Assembly (NCBI GenBank): GCA_951406725.2
Contig: OX597816.1
Location: 5,704,001-5,768,000, forward strand
Length of the DNA stretch: 64,000 nucleotides
Source: Octopus vulgaris
Taxonomy: Eukaryota
Direction: 5' to 3'
The position numbers and the translations under genes were made by a program. Numbering within the stretch: the stretch's first letter is position 1; every line of letters begins with the position of its first letter. This document shows, one piece after another, positions 54,492 through 64,000 of this stretch. The notes under the pieces were generated by a model. The model made no database searches. It saw only the letters and a program-made list of their open reading frames with translations, and had not been told where the DNA came from.

Positions 54492-54783
54492 AGTAGACAA
54501 GAGTTATTTTGGCATTTATACATTTAGGCAGGTTTAAATGGGTGGTGGTGGGGGACTTTTTTGGGGGTAGGCATGGCGCAAAACTGTCATTATTAGGGGA
54601 GTGGTCAAAGGAATCGGTGGTAAAGTAAATAAAAGAATAAATAAAAGAATAAAAGAATAAATAGAAAAATAGAGTTTTAGGTAAGTAAGGAGACTCTCAC
54701 TTGTACATCTACATATATATATATATATACCCACATATTCACATATATCTATACATATACATACATACCCATATATACATACA

Positions 54784-55153
54784 TCTCTCTATATATAAAC
54801 GGCAGTTTGTCTGTGCGTGTTTCTGTGTGTCTGTTTGCTTGTACCCTCACCCTGACCACGGCTTTCAACCGATTCTGATGAAACTTGACACACACATAGC
54901 CCAATGTCATAATTCAAAACTAACGCAGCGAAAATTTTGAAAAGTTCCCCCAGTTCTGAAAAAAAATCGATAAATTCGACATGGGGTCGAGAATCAGAAA
55001 CACAAACCACAAACTCCACCTTTTTTTAAATCTCAAAAAAAAATTTACCATCATTTTATTCCATTTTTTTGCTACTTTTTGACTATAACTCTCTAAAAAT
55101 GCTTTATAGTTATTTCCCTTACAAACCTGAGCAACGCCGGGCGATACTGCTAG
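54784..55153 (+). mobile_element. non-autonomous Helitron
   Basis: A|TCTCTCTATATATAAACGG...CCTGAGCAACGCCGGGCGATACTGCTAG|T, with no TSD. Absent from the inverted copy; second copy at 63141. Confidence 0.9.
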
Positions 55154-56157
55154 TATACATATATATATACATATATATACATATATATACACATACCCAT
55201 GTACATACACACAAATACACATATACATACATATATATACACATATGTATACACACTCGCACATATATATACATACACACATATACACATGCATATACAT
55301 GCACACGCATACACACACATTTTTATTCCCTTATTTTAATTTTATTATTACTTTTGTTTATATCTTTATTTTTATCTTGACCGCGGTCAGCCGGTCTCAA
55401 GGGATGATCTAAAGAGTCCGTTTATCTATCTACTCACTGATACGAACGCAAGCACTCACACACGCCCACACACTCACACGTAAACTCATACTCATACACA
55501 CACGCACGTGTTATATTCATACACACATACATCTACATACATTCACGTATATTCACATACGTACTCGTACCTACTGATTCATATCTACACGCATACACAT
55601 ACATACCTCAATACACCCACAGAAGACTAGTCCATACATATACACTAATAAATATATATACACATATACACATACACATACATACACATACATACATATA
55701 CATACACATATACATATATATATATACATATATATACATATACATATACATACACATATACATTCATACATATATACACATACACACATATATATATATG
55801 CGTACACATACACACACACACACGCGCATCTATATATACACATAAGTACATACATGCATAAATGTATACATATGTCTATACATATGCATACACATCCACA
55901 CACACACGCGCCTCCTTATGTTCATAAATACATACATGCATACAGGCATATACATATATACATACATGCATACTCAAATAATAATAATAAATATATATAC
56001 GTGCAGTTACCCATTATACAGACGGATACATACATATAAACATACCCATATATACCTATTTACACATATGTATATATACATACATACATATACACATAAC
56101 TCTACATACCTACATATACATAAACACACAAGCGCACACATATATATATGTATATGC

Positions 56158-56196
<39 letters not shown>

Positions 56197-56273
56197 CATA
56201 TATACACACACATACACACACATATATACATTTACACACACATATTTACACATATATATACACATACATATAC

Positions 56274-56318
<45 letters not shown>

Positions 56319-56608
56319 AGCACATACATGCATAAATGTATACATATGTTTATACAAATGCATACACATACACACACTCACGCGCCTCCTTATATACATA
56401 AATACATACATGCATACAAACGCATACTCATGTAATAAATAATGAATAATAAATAATAGATATATATACACATGCAGTTACCCTTTGTACAGACGGAAAC
56501 ATACATATAAACATACACGTATATCCATCTACACATATGTATATATACATACATACATGCACATACACATAACTCTACATACTTACATATATATAAACAC
56601 ACGAGCGT

Positions 56609-56663
<55 letters not shown>

Positions 56664-56694
56664 CATATACATACATACACATACATACACATAC

Positions 56695-56743
<49 letters not shown>

Positions 56744-56960
56744 AAAACCACACACATACACATGTACATACACATACACATACATATACACGCACTCACA
56801 TACATGCGTATATTCCTACTAACACCCATTCATTTCTATACATATATACAATACATATATACAAGTGTACATATACAATATGTGAATAGTCTTAGGAGGA
56901 AAGTTAATCGGGGGTGCTGGGGGAACGGTGGGGTTGGGGGTTTTTGTGGGTGGGGTGTCG

Positions 56961-58606
56961 TCAATCGGGTTGCCGGGTGGGTCTATAGTTCTTGTAGTTT
57001 GCATAAATTTTATGCATGCAATTTGGGGAGTGTTCTGAGATCTTTTTGAGGAGATGGCCTTTGGCGAACAAGATCTCTAGGCTCTCGGAAATGCAAAGGT
57101 CACAGCAGGTATGGCCTCCTGTGTACGAACGCGCCTTCTGTAGTAGTCTCCACTTGATCTTGAAGGGGATGGAGTTCCTTTTAAGGTACCAGATGTGGGC
57201 GGCGAGGGTAATTTGGTTGGATTTATCAGGTCGCCGGAACGAGTGTGTGTGGGCGTACCAGCGGGTCTTAAAGCTGTTTGACGTCATTCCGATGTACGAT
57301 TTTCTTTTATCATCGGGGCCTGATCGTACCTCGCATGTATAGACGAGGTCCCTCTGTAGGCAGTTGTTGTTGAGGGGGCAGGTGGTTTTATCAGGGCAGT
57401 TGCAATTGCTATCGGATGTTGGATGGGCCTCGGAAAAAGTAGATATATTAAGTTTTTTCACGTTGTTGTTGGCTAGGTTCCTGGCTAGATTGGGCGTGGT
57501 AGAGTAGGAGAGTCTAATGGTGTTCTTATTTAGGATAGTATAGTACTTATGTTGGGTGGGGAAGTGTTTCTGTAGGAGAGTGAAGAAGATTTTAGCTACA
57601 GGTGTAGCGACCTCACGGTTGAAGGGGGTTGTACCAGCTAATGTGTCTTCGCCTATTTTTCCTGGGTTGACGTGGGGCTATACTAGTATAGGTGATCTTA
57701 TCTTTAAAGCCACTGCGGGCCAGGGCCTCGTTGTAATAGGGGGCTGCGGCATTAAAGATATCTTCAGTAGCGGACAGGCTAGATATTCTAATTGAGACAC
57801 TTTTTACTAGGTTGTCTAATATATTTTTGGGGTGGTTGGAATTAATGTCTATATATCTAAGGGATTCATTTGGTTTGTGGTACGGGTAATAAAGTGAGGT
57901 TTATAAGTCGAGGGTAACGTCAAGGAAGTTAGCCTTGGTTAAGTTGGATTCTAAGGTAATCCTAAGGCCTAAGTTTTTAAAAAAAAGTGTAAAGATTTTT
58001 CCGGAACCCATCCGTGGTCCTGGGGTTTATTTTGCGGAGGGCAAAAAGGCCATCATCGCGGTAAAGACCACCGGAGAGGCCTGTGAATAGGGTCTTCAGT
58101 CTATGGAGGATGAAAAGGCCCACAAGGTCACTTATTTCAGCCGAGTCGCTAGCACCCATGCTGACGTCGAAGGGGGTCACAGATTTTTTGTTGATCCAGT
58201 GGGATCCGTCGTGGAAAAGAAAAGTCTTACGTGCGTGGAGGATCACATCTTGCTCGGCCTCGGTGATGGTGGAGGACTTCCTAGCGAAGTTAATCGCGTC
58301 GATCAGCAAGCTCTCCGATATGGAGGCGTAGTAGTCTTCGATATCTAATTGTAGGAATCGGGTGTTGCTTTTGTCAGGTAAATCCCGGAACCAGGTTATT
58401 GCCTCGGAGGTCCTATTCCAGAGTGGAAGAGGTGAAGCTTCACGCATTTTTGGTAAAATCCTGTCCAGGATCTTCTTGCTGACGGATCCGATGTCAGACT
58501 TGGTCGGGTTAATTAGTCGGACCGACGGTTTATTTTCGAAATTGTCGTTGTGGTCTTTCAGGGTGAAGTGTGGGGACTTCACCCTCAGGGATTCAGTTCG
58601 GTCATA
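56961..58606 (-). pseudogene. Penelope-like reverse transcriptase / GIY-YIG endonuclease, with frameshifts and a stop
   Basis: RT: VRLINP, LDIEDYYASI, MGASDSAEISDL, GLYRDDG, NFLDVTLDL, SNHP. Linker: RRRHISWYNP, KHFP, NTIRLSYS. Endonuclease region: CNC.....CPL...C, LVY...YIGMT..FKTRW..H, CDLCISE. Confidence 0.93.
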
Positions 58607-58935
58607 GATCATCCCTTGAGACCGGCTGACCGCGGTCAAGATAAAAATAAAGATATAAACAAAAGTAATAATAAAATTAAAATAAGGGAATAAAAATGTG
58701 TGTGTATGTGTGTGCATGTATATGCATGTGTATATGTGTGTATGTATATATATGTGCGAGTGTGTATACATATGTGTATATATATGTATGTATATGTGTA
58801 TTTGTGTGTATGTACATGGGTATGTGTATATATATGTATATATATGTATATATATATGTATATGTATGTATGTGTATATATATATATGTATATATGGGTA
58901 TGTATGTATATGTATAGATATATGTGAATATGTGG

Positions 58936-58970
<35 letters not shown>

Positions 58971-59193
58971 GATGTAGATGTACAAGTGAGAGTCTCCTTA
59001 CTTACCTAAAACTCTATTTTTCTATTTATTCTTTTATTCTTTTATTTATTCTTTTATCTACTTTACCACCGATTCCTTTGACCACTCCCCTAATAATGAC
59101 AGTTTTGCGCCATGCCTACCCCCAAAAAGTCCCCCACCACCACCCATTTAAACCTGCCTAAATGTATAAATGCCAAAACAACTCTTGTCTACT

Positions 59194-59244
59194 AGCTTCC
59201 TGATGATTTCTTTTGAATGAAACAGTTCTAGTCCTGTAGAAGCT
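59194..59244 (+). ncRNA. type I hammerhead ribozyme (inverted copy)
   Basis: Exact reverse complement of 54441-54491. Predicted cleavage after GTA at 59238. Confidence 0.85.
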
Positions 59245-59246
59245 CC

Positions 59247-59281
<35 letters not shown>

Positions 59282-59390
59282 CTGCTCGCTTAGCCAGCGG
59301 GGTGGCGTGATTCGAAGGCTAAAAACATGCGAAAGCATTGTGACCAGCGATGTGTAACAACATCTGATGGTCTGGTTGGTCACGTGACGT

Positions 59391-59457
<67 letters not shown>

Positions 59458-59561
59458 AATTCTTAGTGGTTGAGACCATTGCGGATCTTCTTCTAGCATA
59501 AGGGTTTCCACATAGTGGTTTAAAAATTCCCCCTTATTTATATATATATATATATATATAT

Positions 59562-60219
59562 AGCCCTGCCAATATACACATATATTTGAATTTCCTCTGA
59601 CTCCTCAGATTTTTTGAATGCTGGACTACTGGTTTTAAATTGATATTAAAATTAATATTAATTTATCTCCCTCAATTTTTAAATATTTAAATAAATACGT
59701 TCCCTAGTTGTAAGCACTATCCGCAGTGAATTATTCACTGCAGTCCTTCGCTTCAGGAGTCTCTCAGCGCGCCAGAGCCAAGACATTTGAAATTTTATTC
59801 CCGATGTAATCAGTAAGACTAAGCACGTGTCTGTCTTGACACAGAGAGCTGGGGTTGGTCTTATGGTTTGCATCTCGAGGACCGAATGTACTGAAGAAGT
59901 CACGGACACTTGAATTATGCAAGTAATTCTTTTGTTAAGACCGAAACCGAGGTATGCATTTAAGCCTGTTATTTATTTAATTTTTCATATGTCCTGCCCG
60001 CCAAAGTTGGTTCTGGTGTTCGCTGAATTGTTCCTCTAGAGAATTTCCCTTGTAGTTTGATCGTTGATGATCTTCTTCTAGCATTCTGGCCGGCTACCTA
60101 GGTGGCCAGCCCTGCCAATATACACATATATTTGAATTTCCTCTGACTCCTCAGATTTTTTGAATGTGGACTACTGGTTTTAAATTGATATTAAAATTAA
60201 TATTAATTTATCTCCCTCA

Positions 60220-60223
<4 letters not shown>
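59562..60223 (+). mobile_element. non-coding hammerhead element, 546-bp unit plus ~115-bp terminal redundancy
   Basis: 59562-59678 is repeated at 60108-60223, with (TA)n on both sides. Confidence 0.85.
59885..59960 (+). ncRNA. type I hammerhead ribozyme
   Basis: AATGTA-CTGAAGA-A-GTC...GAC-C-GAA-ACCGAGGT-A-TGCATT, with a 6-bp helix I and a GUA site. Confidence 0.8.
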
Positions 60224-60274
<51 letters not shown>

Positions 60275-60567
60275 TATTTCGGGATGTCTATTTCCTTTTT
60301 TATACACACACACACACATATTGCATATGTATGAATATATACAAAATCATGTAGGTATGGATGTATGTATGTGTGTATATATGTATGTACGCATGCGTGT
60401 ATGTACCTATGTCATAGGATCTATGGCAATTGGCAAAGTTTGGCGAAGTAGCGGTGTGTCTTTAAGAAAGATATCCAAATGATATGATTCTTTATCAATG
60501 TGAATATCTAAATATTAATGAATAGGATTTTTAGTTCGCTTCCCGTTAAACATTTGAATTAGAGATA

Positions 60568-60707
60568 TAATTAGCATATAGGCAAATATGTTTGCTTACT
60601 AAAAACACTAATACACATACACGCACATACCTCCCCACATATATTCAGTGGGGCTGGGGTGTGTTAGTGTTTTAATATGCAAAATGCATTTGCCTTTATG
60701 CTAATTA
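60568..60707. repeat. 140-bp imperfect hairpin (MITE-like)
   Basis: TAATTAGCATATAGGCAAAT...AAAACACTAATACAC pairs with GTGTTAGTGTTTT...ATTTGCCTTTATGCTAATTA. Inner stem CCCCAC/GTGGGG. Confidence 0.7.
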
Positions 60708-61213
60708 CTTCCAGAAATAATTCTAATTCTTATATACTTTTTCTGACACACACATACTTACTTACATACATGCATGCAATCACATATGCACATATATGCA
60801 TATACATATTCATATAAATACATACTTACAAATGTACGTATTTCTCTGCATACATTAAATACATAGATGCACAATCATACATATATACGAGATATATATG
60901 CATACAATCATACATACATTACCACATGCATGCCTGCACACACACATACACGTGAGCGTTAGCTGTACGTACGTAGAATATTGTATATTTATTATCTCCA
61001 GAGACATCAGTTATGATAACTTTTCGATTTTGCCGGATAACAAATTACCTTTGTTTAATCGATGGAAAACAAATTTGTGATCTTTATCAGCAGGAATCAA
61101 TATGACGTTGGTGGTGACGCTCTTCCATTATTTATTGATATGCAAATGACAACTTAAGAAGACCTACAGTCAATGGCAGAGAAAGTGCTTCTATTCAAAC
61201 AGTCTTTTGATAT

Positions 61214-61820
61214 TGGCAGAAACGTTAGCACGACGGGCGAAATGTGTAGCCGTATTTCGGCTGCCGTTACGTTCTGAGTTCAAATTCCGCCGAGGTCGAC
61301 TTAGCTTTTCCTCCTTTCGGGGTCGATAAGTACCAGTAACGCACTGGAGTCGATGTAATCGACTTAACCCGTTTGTCTGTCCTTGTTTGTCCCCTCTGTG
61401 TTTAGCCCCTTGTGGGTAGTAAAGAAATAGGTATTTCGTCTGCCGTTACGTTCTGAGTTCAAATTCCGCCGAGGTTGACTTTGCCTTTCATCTTTTCGGG
61501 GTCGATAAATTAAGTACCAGTTACGCACTGTGTCGTTATAATCGATTTAATCTGTTTGTCTGTCCTTGTTTGTCCCCTCTGTATGTAGCCCCCTTTGAGA
61601 AGTAAAGAAATAAGAATCGTTAGCACGCCGGGAAAAATATTCAGCGGCATTTTGTCTGCCGTTACGTTCTGAGTTCAAATTCCGCCGATATCGACTTTGC
61701 CTTTCGTTCTTTCGAAGTCGATAAAATAAGTACCAGCTGTGCTCTGAGGTTAATGTTATCGACTTAGTACCTCCCTTGAAATTGATGAACTTGTGCTAAG
61801 ATTTAAAACTATTATTTTAA
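61214..61820 (+). mobile_element. SINE family A dimer followed by a related alternative-tail SINE
   Basis: Junction GAAATA|GGTATTTC at 61429/61430. A third unit restarts at AGAATCGTTAGC (61613). Confidence 0.85.
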
Positions 61821-62250
61821 TTTGTGGTCAATCTGGGATGTTTTATTCTGTGTCTATTCTTCTAATTGAAATCCGATCTTTACTTCCACCAAACTGTGGT
61901 TACGAGTTTGAGAAATGCATGTATGCGTGTGTACATAGATGCACACACACGCACAAACACATACTGGCGAGCGCTCATACGCAGACACACATATTGTTCT
62001 TAAGGTTGTGTGTGATGCTGTTGGTAACCTGTGACTCGCCACAACCAATTTCTCGTTTTGAATTTTTGGAAACTGAAGTAGCACCAAAGGAGACCATCAT
62101 AGGAGACCATGGGAGGCCATAGGAGACCGTAGGAGGTGGAAAACAAGACCTACCAAAGCAGATGAACTAAAGGGTGCATAAATGCGTTTTTGTAGCGTGT
62201 GACAATGAGTTCGCTTTACGTGCTTGTCATAATGTTAGAAAAGTTACTAC

Positions 62251-62584
62251 ACGCAAGAGTGATTGTGGTAACTAGCATGCTTTCCAACCAGATCGTTCCG
62301 GGTTCGGTCCCCTGCGTGGCACCTTGAGCAAGTGTCTTCTACTATAGCATCAGACCGGCCCAAGCCTTTTGAGTGGATTTGGTAGATGGAAACACAAAGA
62401 AGCGTGTTCTCTTTTATTTGTTTCAGTCATTTGACTGCGGCCATGCTGGAGTACCGCAAATTGACCCCAGGATTTATTCTTTGTAAGCCTAGTAGTACTT
62501 ATTTTATCGGACTTTCTTGCCGAACCGCTAGGTGACGGGGACGTAAACACACCAGCATCGGTTGTCAAGCGATGTTAGGGGACA

Positions 62585-62661
<77 letters not shown>

Positions 62662-62846
62662 GACGGGCTTTTTCAGTTTCCGTCTACCAAATCTACTCAC
62701 AAAGCTTTTTGTCGGCCCGAAGCTATAGTAGAAGACACTTGCCCAAAGTGCCATGCAGTGGGACTGAACACGGAACCATGTGTTTGGTAAGCAAGCTACT
62801 TGCCACACAGCCACTTCTGCACCTATACACACACACACACACACAT

Positions 62847-62901
<55 letters not shown>

Positions 62902-63140
62902 TATATATGCGTGTATGTATGTACTCGTGTATGTTTGTATGTCTGTGTTTGTCCCCCTTCCCTACCATCACTTGACAACCGATGGTGTGTTTACGTCCCC
63001 GTAACTTGGCCGTTCGGCAAAAGAGACCGATAGAATAAGTTCTAGGTTTGCAAAGAATAAACCCTGGTGTCAATTTCTACGTCTGGAAGGCGTTGCTCCA
63101 GCATGCCCGCAGTCAAATGACTGAAACAAATAAACGAAAA
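62251..63140. mobile_element. SINE family B (+) with a second family B copy (-, 62407-62823) nested inside
   Basis: Plus-strand head at 62251-62406 and tail at 62930-63140 flank a complete minus-strand copy. Confidence 0.8.
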
Positions 63141-63527
63141 TCTCTCTATATATAAACGGCAGTTTGTCTGTGCGTGTTTCTGTGTGTCTGTTAGGTTGTA
63201 CCCTCACCCTGACCATGGCTTTCAACCGATTCTGATGAAACTTGACACACACATAGCCCAATGTCATAATTCAAAACTAACGCAGCGAAAATTTTGAAAA
63301 GTTCCCCCAGTTCTGAAAAAAATCGATAAATTCGACATGGGGTCGAGAATCAGAAACACAAACCACAGACCGTCTAGGGGACGCAACTCCACCTTTTTTA
63401 ACTCTCAAAAAAAAAATTTACCATCATTTTTTTTCCATTTTTTTGCTATATTTTGGCTATAACTCTCTAAAAATGCATTATAGTTATTTCCCTTACAAAC
63501 CTGAGCAACGCCGGGCGATACTGCTAG
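63141..63527 (+). mobile_element. non-autonomous Helitron
   Basis: A|TC...CTAG|T, near-identical to 54784-55153, inserted in the SINE tail. Confidence 0.9.
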
Positions 63528-64000
63528 TAATGAATAAAAGAATACCAGTAGCAAATATATAAATTCTTAAGGTTGCAAATCTCTATTTGTGGTAATCAAA
63601 AGCGGTTTCGATTCCTGAGAGGCAGGCAAAAATTATTGCTAAAGAATATTTATTGAAAGTAAGACTTTTCTAGGGATACGTAGTAAGAATGGGCGAGTGA
63701 ATAAGTCTTAGGAAGAAACCTAATTCTTCCTAAGGCAATTCCTTAAAACGTTCTTTCTAGTCACTCCAGAAATGAAATCCATATAACAAACAAGTTCGGT
63801 TTTAGTATATTTGAAGTAGAACATAATTATTATTTCTATATTTTGCAGATTTTGACACTTGCGTGTTTAGCCCTGAGTAATATACCATCTGTTATACATT
63901 GTCTGTTTAACGTGAAGGGACTCAGGACTAAGCTTTGTTTCTGTGTAGTTTGTACAATTGAATAACCTTTCTTCTAAATTTATGAAGCATATTATATCAA

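Larger units (their letters stand above)
54356..59250 (-). mobile_element. Penelope-like retroelement (Naiad-like), 5'-truncated, with an inverted copy of its 3' terminal repeat
   Basis: RT and GIY-YIG on the minus strand. 58606-59250 is the reverse complement of ~54435-55410. (TA)n on both flanks, and a hammerhead in both repeats. Confidence 0.9.

Noticed and set aside
54870-54890. CTGATGA in the Helitron (also ~63232), and at 2380, 14178, 27520, 48003
   Set aside because: No correctly placed helix II / GAAA / helix III / helix I partners.
56961-57461. Selenocysteine-recoding Naiad
   Set aside because: The conserved Cys positions in the visible motifs are ordinary Cys codons in an open frame. 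No in-frame TGA is needed.

Overview
Eukaryotic, AT-rich, microsatellite-saturated DNA. The SINE families and repeat landscape point to an octopus genome, most likely an intronic or intergenic region. No intact host gene can be supported; there are only two candidate micro-exons, and almost all ORFs in the track are microsatellite translations. The window is a mosaic of mobile DNA: (i) several tRNA-derived SINE families, one forming head-less tandem multimers with a recurrent junction and one carrying an internal (TA)/(TG) microsatellite; (ii) a decayed Naiad-like Penelope-like element (RT + GIY-YIG) with an inverted terminal duplication; (iii) many short Penelope-type remnants inside (TA)n tracts; (iv) non-autonomous Helitrons; (v) mariner/Tc1 pseudogenes and a hAT MITE; (vi) fragments of Tx1-, CR1-, RTE- and R4/Dong-like LINEs. 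The most striking hidden layer is RNA structure. About 12 type I hammerhead ribozyme folds, plus several degenerate ones, can be read by eye in many unrelated sequence contexts, nearly all with a palindromic helix III. They include a 546-bp 1.2-mer retrozyme-like unit and a TSD-flanked fold-back element with a hammerhead at its centre. All family assignments come from motif recognition, not database searches.
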